64,000 nt of DNA, from the NCBI GenBank assembly GCA_902605755.1, contig CACLDR010000002.1:44832-108831 (forward strand), read 5' to 3'. The notes beneath the pieces were generated by a model, which worked only from the letters and a program-made list of their open reading frames with translations, was not told where the DNA came from and did no database searches. Made by a program: the position numbers and the translations under genes. Source of the stretch: an uncultured Marinoscillum sp. Its GTDB lineage: Bacteria; Bacteroidota; Bacteroidia; Cytophagales; Cyclobacteriaceae. How positions within the stretch are numbered: position 1 is the stretch's first letter; every line of letters starts with the position of its first letter. Below are positions 30,850 to 41,170 of the stretch, piece by piece.

Positions 30850-31179
30850 TTAATTCTTAATGGTGCTTTTAACCATATCTACAGGTCCTAATTTTTGATT
30901 ATCTATGAGCTTTTCCTTACCTTGAATAAGCTGTAATTCAACTGGTACAAAACCTAACTCTTTGGTCTTTTCCAAAGCTTTGTCAAAAAAGAACTTCGCC
31001 TCAACGAACTCGCCTCTTCCGAAACGATAAGCAGTTATTTTTTTCTTCAAGGGCACACCGGGAATCACAAAATAAGTGATAGCATTTACTGAATAGGAAG
31101 GTTTAAAATTTTTTAAAAAATTATTTATTCCTATCCTTAAATTGCTCGATAAATTATTAACTGCGTTACTAAATCCCAT
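30850..31179 (-). CDS. Hypothetical protein
   Basis: 109-aa ORF of ordinary composition. No motif recognised. Confidence 0.45.
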   Translation of the reverse strand: MGFSNAVNNLSSNLRIGINNFLKNFKPSYSVNAITYFVIPGVPLKKKITAYRFGRGEFVEAKFFFDKALEKTKELGFVPVELQLIQGKEKLIDNQKLGPVDMVKSTIKN

Positions 31180-31255
31180 AATAATTAAAAAATTTTATCA
31201 AACTTATCATTTTGACTGATACGAACCAACCCATCTCAAAAAAAATATCGGAATA

Positions 31256-31723
31256 TTACCTCCAAGTACTACTTCTGACTTTCTTAAACGCTCTAATTAC
31301 ATCCTTCTGACTTATCTGTCCGATGAGTTTCCCTTTGTATACTACTGGAAATCTTCTCAACTCCTTTTCTAGAAATAGTTGTGCAACTTCAAAAATATTC
31401 AAGTCCGGCGCGATATAAACTACCTCCTCGGTCATATAAGATGATATAGAGCCTGTATCAATGGGCATATTATGATACTTACCCCTAATGACTTCCTTCA
31501 TACAATCGGATTCTGATATCATTCCAACAAGTTCGTTTTGATCATTAACGACAGGTGCTCCGGAGATTTTTTTACTTAACAATAGATTCATTGCATCAAA
31601 AATAGATTCATCTGGCTTGAATTTAATTAATCTGGTTGCCATATAATCTTTTACTAAAAGTTGTTGCTTATCAACTTTCTTCACCACTTCTATACCTCGA
31701 TAACTCTTTACCATGATGACCAA
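31256..31723 (-). CDS. CBS domain pair protein
   Basis: Two CBS repeats (ISGAPVVNDQNELVGMISESD; LRRFPVVYKGKLIGQISQKDV). Confidence 0.85.
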   Translation of the reverse strand: MVIMVKSYRGIEVVKKVDKQQLLVKDYMATRLIKFKPDESIFDAMNLLLSKKISGAPVVNDQNELVGMISESDCMKEVIRGKYHNMPIDTGSISSYMTEEVVYIAPDLNIFEVAQLFLEKELRRFPVVYKGKLIGQISQKDVIRAFKKVRSSTWR

Positions 31724-32201
31724 TTTTAAAAATCCGTATTGGAAAAAGTAGGCTAAATGAATGATTTATGCAAATAAATGAAGTAGAAATTATAATTCAA
31801 GAAATATAATTTTGTCGGCAAAAATGCAATTGGTTTGATAAGTACTACGAAATACTACCTTCAAATCGTGATAGTCATCAAAAATTCTCAGAATGCTCTG
31901 AATCTATTGAAAATCTAAGGTTACACGGTAAAACAATAATAGTACCCTTACTTTAAGAGAATTTTGATTATTTATTTAATTTTTTTTCTTATTCCTGCAA
32001 TTATAATATTAGTTTTTAACATCCAAATTTGCTTATAATAAGACCAATTCCAATTTATCTAAAAATATCTTACTTGCTCAAAATAGATTAAGTGACAAAT
32101 TAAATAATTATTCCTCCTCCATACACTTCATTTATTACTAACTCTGGTTGCTGATGGGCAAAATAAAAAAGGTAATTATTATCAACAGATATCGTTGTTT
32201 T

Positions 32202-34856
32202 TCAGAATCCATCTTTCTTTTTAAGTCCTTTAAGTTTTCCTCCTAATTTAGACTTAACCCCATCATTAATGACTTTATTAGTCTTTTCCTTGATATTTTT
32301 GGCCTTCTTATCAGCTTCTTCCATTAAAATAGACGTTTGCTTATCTAATTGTTCTTTAATTTTTTCCCCGGCTAATTCTTGTTGCTCTTTGAGTTTAATT
32401 TTTGCTTGCTCTTTGGCAAAACCTTTAATCTTTTTTTCACTAGACCCCTTTTTAACATTAGAAATTCCATCTAAACGAAATTGTGGGTCCTCATAACTTC
32501 CCTTGATCTTAATCTTCATCCTAACCTTTTCAGTTACCAGATCGTTCAAGCCTGTCACAGGAGCGATCATATTACCAGCAGCTACGCCCAAGTCACCTGT
32601 TTTAATTTCGGTCTCTATTGTATAATTCGTTTTAGATTTTACACCTGAGATGCCGCTTGATCCGTAAATGGTCGTTTCCCTCCCCAATAATTTGAAATCG
32701 AAAGGTTTAATAATTAAAGTTCCATCCTCAATTCTATACTCAAAATTAATATCTTGAAGTTTCAAAGTTTCTTTTTGATCACCTGTTATCTTATTCAATG
32801 CCGTCATGAATTTCGGATTATTGTAGGTAACCGATCTCAAATCTATGAGACCATGAGCAGATATGGATTCCAAATTTGGCATCATTAGCGAATCAAAAGC
32901 TCCAGAGGTAACCAATTCAGTCGAAAAAACTCCTGCTAAGTCCCTGGCGACGGGTGCCATTTCTTGAATAGTATTAAATGAGAAAAATACCTCCTTCGCA
33001 GACAAGGAATCTATCTTAAAATTAAAATTATACAGTGGCAGCTGGTTATTTGAATTATAAAATCCGCTCATCAAAAAATCTCCTTCCAAAAGATTAAACT
33101 CTAAATCATCTAACTGAGCGATTCCTTCACTAATGTTGACTTTACCATTCATATCCTTAAACTCCAAATTATCGTATAAAAGGCGTTCTATCTTAGTACT
33201 CAATACTATATCCATATTGCTAGGAATTCTGATTATTTGGAGTAATGAGGTATCCACCGCAGATTTTGTCTCCATAGTATCAGGCATGGATAAAAAAGGA
33301 TTAAAATTTAATGTTTGAGCATTAAATTTTAATTTTCCATGCAATATTTCTGAAGGCTTTAATAAATGGCCGATAAAATTTTCTAAGGTACCTGTTATTT
33401 GGAGATCACTTTCACCAAATAGGACTTTGAACTGGTTCAAAGCAATTTGCTCATTATCAAAACGCAAATCTGCGTCAGGAATAATGATATCCAGTGGAAG
33501 TTTTTCATCCATCAAACTGAAATCGCTCACTAGTACATTCCCTTTCGTCGAAAGTTGCTGATACTTCTTCTCCTCAATCAAGAGCACATTACCCGCTGAT
33601 TCAAAATTTCCAGAAATCAACCCTTCAAGGCGAACTCCCTCAATAGGTATTATCTTAAATATTTTGCCCAAATCAAGTCCCCCCCTAATATTAAAATCCC
33701 AAGTATAATTTGATAAATTTTCAAACCTCATGTGTGCCTGAAAATCTTGACCCTCGACATGCATTGAAAATTGAGGCATTGAAAAAGACATCAAATCTAT
33801 ATTAGCACCAGGTATGGATAGATCAGCTTTTAATTGAATCTCTTCGATCGGTGTAGGGTATTCTTTATAAACCAAATAGCCATTATGTATTATTGTATTA
33901 ATTTTTACATTTGGGAAACGAAATTCATTGTAAGGGCCACTTACATTACCAAATATTTTTACATCACCTTCAACACTTGAATTATCCAAATAAGAAGAAT
34001 AATCCCCCGGCAAAAGTGATAAAATAGATTTAATAGACATATCCATTGATTGAAATTCAATATCCATCATCATATCTGCATCTGACGGAAGCGTCACGTC
34101 TCCTTTCATACCTATGGACATTGCTCCCAACATAAATCTGTTTTCACTGAATGAATATTTGGAAGCTTTAAAATCCATCTTCATATTTAGAGCTCCATCC
34201 AATGTCTTTCCTTTGAGATAATTTATGCCTTCATAATTTAGACCTACCGAAGCTATGGATGTGTTGGTAATTAAATCGGATATTTCTTGTGAAAAATCTC
34301 CGGATCCGGTGTGATCAATACCAAGAAGTTCAGTATAAATTCCGATTGAAAGGTCATCATAGGTAAAATTTCCATTAATAATTTGCCATTTTTTTATCGC
34401 TAAACTAAAGGCTGCCTCTTGAGGAGAGGTTTCCAAAGGTGTTTTATCGACTGTTTCTTTAAAAATATTATAATTACTTTGCCCATTAGGTAGAGATAGA
34501 ATCTTTATATTAGGTGCCTTAAATAGAATTTTATTAATTATTATCTGTTCTCCAAATATGACTGATAGAAGATCAAGAGTGATTTCAAAAGAAGAAACTT
34601 GAATCAGGGTATCAGATGCAAAAGTATCCACACCGGATACCCCAAAATCCTTCATTGAAAAAGTAAAATTTGGAAAATTTTCAAATAACGAAAGGCTAAA
34701 ACCCTCTTGATCATAAAAAAAATGTGCGTTCAATTGTGAATCAAGGGCATCATCAACCGCTTTTTTTGCGTCTTCCTTAAAAATTATAGGCACCACAATC
34801 AGAAGCCCAAGTAGACTCACGAACAATATGCCCAAAACGATTATAAACTTTTTCAT
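32202..34856 (-). CDS. AsmA family outer-membrane biogenesis protein
   Basis: 884 aa with an N-terminal TM anchor (FIIVLGILFVSLLGLLIVVPIIF), a long beta-rich body and a Lys/Glu-rich C-terminal tail. This is AsmA-like architecture. Confidence 0.75.
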   Translation of the reverse strand: MKKFIIVLGILFVSLLGLLIVVPIIFKEDAKKAVDDALDSQLNAHFFYDQEGFSLSLFENFPNFTFSMKDFGVSGVDTFASDTLIQVSSFEITLDLLSVIFGEQIIINKILFKAPNIKILSLPNGQSNYNIFKETVDKTPLETSPQEAAFSLAIKKWQIINGNFTYDDLSIGIYTELLGIDHTGSGDFSQEISDLITNTSIASVGLNYEGINYLKGKTLDGALNMKMDFKASKYSFSENRFMLGAMSIGMKGDVTLPSDADMMMDIEFQSMDMSIKSILSLLPGDYSSYLDNSSVEGDVKIFGNVSGPYNEFRFPNVKINTIIHNGYLVYKEYPTPIEEIQLKADLSIPGANIDLMSFSMPQFSMHVEGQDFQAHMRFENLSNYTWDFNIRGGLDLGKIFKIIPIEGVRLEGLISGNFESAGNVLLIEEKKYQQLSTKGNVLVSDFSLMDEKLPLDIIIPDADLRFDNEQIALNQFKVLFGESDLQITGTLENFIGHLLKPSEILHGKLKFNAQTLNFNPFLSMPDTMETKSAVDTSLLQIIRIPSNMDIVLSTKIERLLYDNLEFKDMNGKVNISEGIAQLDDLEFNLLEGDFLMSGFYNSNNQLPLYNFNFKIDSLSAKEVFFSFNTIQEMAPVARDLAGVFSTELVTSGAFDSLMMPNLESISAHGLIDLRSVTYNNPKFMTALNKITGDQKETLKLQDINFEYRIEDGTLIIKPFDFKLLGRETTIYGSSGISGVKSKTNYTIETEIKTGDLGVAAGNMIAPVTGLNDLVTEKVRMKIKIKGSYEDPQFRLDGISNVKKGSSEKKIKGFAKEQAKIKLKEQQELAGEKIKEQLDKQTSILMEEADKKAKNIKEKTNKVINDGVKSKLGGKLKGLKKKDGF

Positions 34857-35119
34857 AACACAATTGTTTTAAAATCAGAAAGTAATTGATACTAAATATA
34901 ATTTTTTAATCACTCAATGATACTCTTGTTCCACATTGTTATTACACTTACATTCAATAAATTTTGTAACCAATGAACTTAATAATCATCTATTTATAAA
35001 AAATTAACATCTATTATTTCTAATCTCAATTGAAAATTGTTAAACTTTACTTCCTGTTAAAAACAAAGTCAGCTTTAAGCAATTTTAAATCAATCATATT
35101 TTTTAATTAACAATTATCA

Positions 35120-36037
35120 ATGAAAAAAATATCAAAAAAAATCATTACCATCTTTTCAATTTCAGGAATTATGGTTTTTTATGCCTGTAACGAAAACGAA
35201 ATAATACCTGTTATACCAGAACTCAATATTTCCATTTCAGCAACAACCTCTGATGGAGTCACTTTGATAAATGGTGGAGAAGTTAATCTATCGGATACCT
35301 TCTCAATTATTGTCTCCATTTCTGCTGAATTAGGCTTCAATACTCTAAACGTAAGTGGTAATGTAACTAGTACGGTAAATAGAAACGATCTAAATTTAGC
35401 CACTGGTACTAAAAATGTAGATATCACATTTAACATTAATAGTGGTTCTTTGGGAGAAGGCAATATTGATTTCCAAGCTGTTGATGAAGAGGGTAATACA
35501 GCTACTACTTCTTTTTCTTTTGTCGTTGTTTCTCCTAAAGCCAAAATTCAAACTGCAGTGATCTTGTATGCTCCTCTCGGAGATTTGAGTTCTGAAACCT
35601 TTTATTCCATTTTAAATAATGAGACATACAGTCGAAATGAGGTAGAATCCACTGCAGATCCAATTTCAACAAGTATTGATTTTGGTTACTATTACGGAGC
35701 AAGTGATAATGCCTCATTAGCATCTCCTGCTGAATATCCCATCTATAACTTATCAGATGCTGGCTGGATGACAAGAAATGCAACTATATTATCAGCCACG
35801 GCTATTACAAGTGCTGAGTATCTTGAGATGATCACCGTCAGTGACCTAGAGGCCGCCACCTCCGGCGTCGATTTAAGTAATGCCAACGGCACGGTAACCA
35901 ATTTGTCCGAAGGTGACATCCTCATATTTAAAACTGTACAAGACATTCAGGGTTTAATTAATATTAGCACAATTTCAGGCACAGATGGATCAGACGGTAT
36001 GATTGAAATTGAAATAAAACTAGCGTTAAGTGAATAA
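35120..36037 (+). CDS. Hypothetical surface lipoprotein
   Basis: Signal peptide and lipobox (GIMVFYAC), then a Thr/Ser/Asn-rich beta-type domain. No family recognised. Confidence 0.65.
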   Translation: MKKISKKIITIFSISGIMVFYACNENEIIPVIPELNISISATTSDGVTLINGGEVNLSDTFSIIVSISAELGFNTLNVSGNVTSTVNRNDLNLATGTKNVDITFNINSGSLGEGNIDFQAVDEEGNTATTSFSFVVVSPKAKIQTAVILYAPLGDLSSETFYSILNNETYSRNEVESTADPISTSIDFGYYYGASDNASLASPAEYPIYNLSDAGWMTRNATILSATAITSAEYLEMITVSDLEAATSGVDLSNANGTVTNLSEGDILIFKTVQDIQGLINISTISGTDGSDGMIEIEIKLALSE

Positions 36038-36141
36038 AATTTACCTACAAATAGATTGACCATTAAAGAACTTGCGATGATATTCTAAGGCTTTTTTTAT
36101 ATAACAGAAAAAACATAAATTAATTTTATTTCAAAAAGCAT

Positions 36142-36990
36142 ATGACAAAGGTTCGATCTTGCCTATTAATAAGTATCTCGTTAATATTATTAAACTGTGC
36201 GACAGTACCGATCACTGGTAGGTCTCAATTAAGTATGATCAAAAATTCAGAATTGATTCCAATGAGTTTTAAGCAATATCAAGAGATTCTAAAAACTAAT
36301 GAACTTTCTATAGATAAAACACAAACAGTTTTAATTAAAAAAGTGGGTGTCAAAATACAAAAAGCAGTAGAAGCTTATCTTATAAAGGAAGGGCAAAGTG
36401 AGGTCCTCAATGATTTTGAATGGGAATTTAATTTAATCGAAGACAAAACAATTAATGCCTGGTGCATGCCAGGAGGTAAGGTCGCTTTTTATTCGGGAAT
36501 TCTACCGGTATGTCAGGGAGAGCAAGGAATTGCCGTTGTTATGGGTCACGAAATTGCCCATGCTATTGCTAATCATGGTAGAGAACGAATGAGTCAAGGT
36601 ATGATTACCAACGGTTTGTTGGCCTCTCTCTCGCTGGTGACTCAAAACCGATCAGCCTTGACTCGTGACATATTACTGCAGTCTGTTGGCGTAGGTACAC
36701 AAATGGGTATCCTAAAGTTTTCTCGAAAACATGAAAGTGAAGCCGATAGAATGGGGTTGATCTTCATGGCAATTGCTGGTTATGATCCAGAAGCTGCACC
36801 TGCGTTTTGGGAAAGAATGGCCGAAATATCCAATGGTCCTGGTACTCCTGAATGGATATCTACGCATCCCTCAAACGAACGGCGTATCTCAGATCTCAAA
36901 AAGTATCTGCCCGAATCATTAGAATATTATAAAAAAAGTAATCCCTTTTCCTCCTATAGTGGAAATAATTCGGAGGCTGAATTTCTATAG
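36142..36990 (+). CDS. M48 family zinc metallopeptidase (lipoprotein)
   Basis: Lipobox ILLNC, HEIAHAIANH (HExxH) and downstream ESEADRMG. Confidence 0.9.
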   Translation: MTKVRSCLLISISLILLNCATVPITGRSQLSMIKNSELIPMSFKQYQEILKTNELSIDKTQTVLIKKVGVKIQKAVEAYLIKEGQSEVLNDFEWEFNLIEDKTINAWCMPGGKVAFYSGILPVCQGEQGIAVVMGHEIAHAIANHGRERMSQGMITNGLLASLSLVTQNRSALTRDILLQSVGVGTQMGILKFSRKHESEADRMGLIFMAIAGYDPEAAPAFWERMAEISNGPGTPEWISTHPSNERRISDLKKYLPESLEYYKKSNPFSSYSGNNSEAEFL

Positions 36991-37232
36991 ATGAATTGCC
37001 GGTATATGAGGAATTTAATTACTTTTTTTTGGCAACAACGATCTCTTCAAGATATCAGTGGTTAATTTTTTAGCTCAATCAGGTAATCAACACTACACGC
37101 GGCCTGCTGTCCATATTATTTTTAATCACTTTGCGCTGATTTCTTTTAAATTGAATTGGGCTTTTGTTGCTTCTTCTTACCTCTTCTAAAACTTTTGTAA
37201 TAAAGAGATAATAGCTTAAATATAAAAAATCA

Positions 37233-38110
37233 TTAAAGGGTATCGAGTCCCCTCAGCTCAAGCCAAACCAACTCTTGTGCCTCTGTAAGGATTATTATAT
37301 TATCCAATTCCACCCCTAAAGGCATCAATTTCTCATAATCTATTTCCTTTTTAAAATCATCTTCAATAGCCTTTTTTTGAATTTCCAGCTTAGTCAGCTC
37401 TTTTTCAAGCTCTTTAAGTTCTCTTTTCTCATCAAAAGTCATTCTATGTAGACCGCCTACTATATTTTTAGTCCCATTGATCCCATCATTTAATGGATTT
37501 TGGAAGATTTTCTTTACTGACTTTAATCTGCCTTCAGTTGCACACTAATCGGTATAATTCCCTGAAAAATCTCGGATCATCCCTTCCCCTTCAAAAATAA
37601 ATAAATACTCTACTAATTTGTCCATAAAATATCGATCATGGGAAACAACCATCAAATTTATTTTAGTAATCCTCCAAAACATTAAGTGTTAAGATATCTA
37701 AATCATTGGTAGGCTCATCTGAAACCAAAAAATTGGGATTGCCCATCAGAACCCGCAACAATTGAAGCCTCTTTTTTTCACCTCCACTTGGCTTACCTAA
37801 AAGATTGTATTGTGCACTTGGTAAGGAGAGAAATTGAGATAGGAGATCAGAAGCTGAAACACCAGGTAATGATTCTGGTTCAGTCATTTCCTCTTTTTTA
37901 AATTCAATAAGTGTACTGATTTCAATAAAACTAGCCGTAAGTCGAAAATTAGACTTCACAAAATTCGGCAACATAGATTGAATTAATTCAAGTTTATATC
38001 CAAAAATTAATACCACATATTTATCACCAAAAATCGAGACTTCGGTACCATCTATATTCAATACTTCAATCATATCACCTCCATTACTTACCGCAGATAG
38101 AGTTTGGGTT
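37233..38110 (-). pseudogene. Relic of an ABC-F type ATPase (second ABC domain plus C-terminal coiled coil only)
   Basis: ORF 37663..38073 carries a degenerate signature and Walker B (GKPSGGEKKRLQLLRVLMGNPNFLVSDEPTNDLDILTLNVLEDY) ending at TAA. My translation then gives NKFDG, a frameshift, LMVVSHDRYFMDKLVEYLFIFEGEGMIRDFSGNYTD, an in-frame TAG, and then the coiled-coil ORF 37233..37442. No Walker A and no first ABC domain remain. Confidence 0.75.
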
Positions 38111-38174
38111 GTGGATTTATTTGAAATTGATATACGATAATAATTTGGATGTGGAGCATCATAGCATAAATAAT

Positions 38175-38483
38175 TTACGATAGTTTTAATACCTTATTTT
38201 TAAGTGCTGAGCGATAGTTTGGCATTCGCTCGTCATCGACTTGCCAGCCAAGTAAACCACCATAAAGGCCCATATCGGTTCCTTGACTTTCATGTGTAGT
38301 TACCAAAGATCCATTAGGATCATAGTCTATTACAATTGCCTTAATCTGCTCATGCATAAGTTGCCTTAATAATAAACCTATTCGGCAAGCAGCTTCACTG
38401 TGCGAACTAGAGGTCCACGCATCACAGGACCCAAAACATCATGAAATATAATAGATATCGCCAATTAGCATTAATTTAATCAT
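38175..38483 (-). pseudogene. 103-codon reading frame of unknown function interrupted by one in-frame TGA
   Basis: The minus strand from the ATG at 38483 reads MIKLMLIGDIYYIS*CFGSCDAWTSSSHSEAACRIGLLLRQLMHEQIKAIVIDYDPNGSLVTTHESQG...KLS. TGA is at 38439-38441. The ORF track shows only the distal 60 aa. Confidence 0.4.
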
Positions 38484-38612
38484 TACGAAAAATAATAAAT
38501 TAAAATCTTACATTAAACCATATTATTGATCTATCTCTTTTAAATTTTTCTCTATTTGTACAAAAGCTAGGGAATAGGTTAATTTCAATTTATTTCAGTA
38601 CATATTTAAACT

Positions 38613-39260
38613 ATGGAAAATCCTTTAATAGAAGTTTGCGTTGATACCCTTGCTGATGCCTTATATGCAGAGTCAAACGGTGCAAATCGAATAGAATTGT
38701 GTAGCCACTTATCCTTGGATGGATTAACGCCTACACTTGAATTAACAAAAAAAACGCTGGCAGCCCTTAAAATCCCAGTTCATGTAATGATTAGATCTCA
38801 AGCAATTAATTTTCAGTACATGCCCCATGAAATTGAAATGATGATTAATACCATACACACCTATAAAAATCTAGGCATTAAAGGAATTGTATTTGGAGCA
38901 TTATTGGTAGATTTTACCGTTGATCTTCCTAGTGTTGTAAAAGTCGCAAAAGCAGCAGAAGGTCTGAATTTTGTATTCCATAAGGCCATTGACCTCACTC
39001 CAAATCCAATTATTGCCACGCAAGCTTTAGCCGCAATCAAAGGCATTACACATATCCTAACCTCAGGTGGTGCTCCCACTGCTAAAGAAGGTGCATCTGT
39101 AATACGAGATATGCATAACCAAAGCCAACATATAAAAATCATTGCCGCTGGTAATATAAAAGATTATAACTTGAATGAACACATTAAATTATTAGGAGTT
39201 AACGAGTATCATGGAAAGCAAATTTTAGGTCATCTAAATGAAAAAAATTCACAAATATGA
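38613..39260 (+). CDS. cutC: Copper homeostasis protein CutC
   Basis: IEVCVDTLADALYAESNGANRIELCSHLSLDGLTP, VHVMIRS, FHKAIDL and ILTSGG match the CutC TIM-barrel blocks. Confidence 0.9.
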   Translation: MENPLIEVCVDTLADALYAESNGANRIELCSHLSLDGLTPTLELTKKTLAALKIPVHVMIRSQAINFQYMPHEIEMMINTIHTYKNLGIKGIVFGALLVDFTVDLPSVVKVAKAAEGLNFVFHKAIDLTPNPIIATQALAAIKGITHILTSGGAPTAKEGASVIRDMHNQSQHIKIIAAGNIKDYNLNEHIKLLGVNEYHGKQILGHLNEKNSQI

Positions 39261-39658
39261 GTTAAACCGGTATTGTTATTAGCTAAATCTTCTATTTTAA
39301 GAATTACACAACCATCCCAGTGCTCACCATTATATGAAATTGATTTTAACCTATCTCCAAATAAAGATTTTTCCGATAAGTTGCAGCTAAAATACCTGGA
39401 AAAGGTAAAAAGTATCAATATACGATTGAATTCAATATTTTTTTTCTACTTAAGACTATTAAAATACAAATAAGCGGCCGGAAGAAGACCTCACAAAAAA
39501 GTATAGATGAAATTAAAGCCACTGGTCCATTTAACAACCGCTCAATTTGGATTCACTCCCTAAAAATTACTAATTGAGAATCGTTTTCCAAAATATAGAT
39601 CCCATATTTATTCTTAATTTTCTAACTTAACAAACCAAAAAATTAGAATGTTTTAATT

Positions 39659-40087
39659 ATGTCAAATTTATTTCCTTTTCATTTAGCAATTCCTGTAAAA
39701 GATTTAGGCACTGCTAGAACTTTCTATCGAGATATCATACAATGTACTGAAGGACGGAGTGATCCACAATGGGTAGATTTTAACTTTTATGGTCATCAAC
39801 TAGTAATACACGAAATAGAACAACCAGCTAATCCAGAGAAAGAAAATAATAATGCAGTAGATGGCCATGAAGTGCCCATTCCACACTTCGGCGTTGTTTT
39901 AGAAATGGGTCTTTGGAAAGAATTATCTGAAAGACTCAAACGTCATCAAATTAATTTCCTTATTGAACCTTACATAAGATTTGAAGGCCAACCTGGTGAA
40001 CAAGCCACTATGTTTTTCAAAGATCCTTCCGGTAATGCTTTAGAGTTTAAGGCATTTAAAAATTTATCTCAACTATTTGCTAAATGA
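39659..40087 (+). CDS. VOC (glyoxalase/bleomycin-resistance/dioxygenase) family protein
   Basis: FHLAIPVKDLGTARTFY...HFGVVL...FFKDPSGNALEFK is a paired beta-alpha-beta-beta-beta VOC pattern. Confidence 0.8.
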   Translation: MSNLFPFHLAIPVKDLGTARTFYRDIIQCTEGRSDPQWVDFNFYGHQLVIHEIEQPANPEKENNNAVDGHEVPIPHFGVVLEMGLWKELSERLKRHQINFLIEPYIRFEGQPGEQATMFFKDPSGNALEFKAFKNLSQLFAK

Positions 40088-40106
40088 TATTTTAAAGCCA
40101 TCATCT

Positions 40107-41153
40107 ATGAAAATTATCAATGTAGGTCATCTGGGTTATGGCATGGCCGGTCAAGTATTTCATGCGCCAATAATAAATTGCATTTCTGGATTTAAAAATA
40201 TAATCCATTCGAACTACAAACCCTTATTGGAGTAAAAAAGCCATAGATATGTATTCAAAAATAGAAATAGCCACTGAATCAGACAAAATTATTGAAGATC
40301 CCAAAATTGATCTTATTATTATCGTTGCACCCAATGAGTTTCACTATCCGTTAGCCAGAAAAGCTTTTTTCGCAGGGAAGCATGTAGTTGTCGACAAACC
40401 ATTTATAGTAACTAGTTCAAAAGCTTCGAATTTAATTCAGCTAACGGAATCCAAAAACTTATTACTGTCTGTTTATCACAATCGTAGATTTGCCTCCAAC
40501 TTTTTTCCAGCGAAAAAAATTATAAATTCCAAACGACTTTTTAGGATTGTAGAGGTAATTATGAATTTTAATCGTTTTAAAAGTTCGTTTAATGGAAATT
40601 GGAGAGAAGATCTTGTCCCCGGATCAGGTATACTTTATGACTTAGGATCTCATTTGATTGACCAATCAATTGTCTTTTTTGGACTACCCGAATTTATTAC
40701 CCCTGACTTAAAGAAGCAGCGTAGAGGGAAAGCTATAGATTATTTTGATTTAAGACTGGATTATCCTAGACTCAGAGTTAATTTAAAATCAAGTATACTA
40801 GTTAAAATTCCAGGTCCCGTTTTTAAATTAAATGGAATGAATGGTACTTTTGAAAAATTTGGACTTGATATTCAAGAAGAGGATCTTTCAGCAGTTCTAA
40901 CTCCTGAAGATAAAAAAACTGGGTTCAGGAACCCATCGAACACTCTGGAAAAATCTATTTGCTAATGGACAGACAAGATATTACTGAGACCATAGTTTCC
41001 CTGCCTGGAAACTTTGGAAAATATTATCAGAATATATTTAATGCATTTATTAATAGTGAACCCTAAAAATGCTTTTATACCATTAAAATTATAGAAATTA
41101 CAAGTGAAAGTGCAAATAAAAAATGTGCGCTTCCCATCGAGATCATAGTTTAA
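40107..41153 (+). pseudogene. Gfo/Idh/MocA family oxidoreductase with frameshifts and an in-frame stop
   Basis: The ATG at 40107 gives MKIINVGHLGYGMAGQVFHAPII (Rossmann N-terminus), then the frame is lost near 40200. ORF 40249..40965 continues in another frame (DLIIIVAPNEFHYPLARKAFFAGKHVVVDKPF). After 40965 a third frame gives MDRQDITETIVSLPGNFGKYYQNIFNAFINSEP, an in-frame TAA, then KCFYTIKIIEITSESANKKCALPIE to the stop at 41151-41153. Confidence 0.8.
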
Positions 41154-41170
41154 ATTTTTAATTCCTTTTA

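Noticed and set aside
39230-39658. ORFs 39230..39418 (-) and 39273..39473 (+), and hydrophobic ghost frames, in the cutC-VOC spacer
   Set aside because: They overlap each other, lack motifs and have no start codon in the more protein-like frames. This is possibly more decayed DNA, but the evidence is too thin to call a feature.
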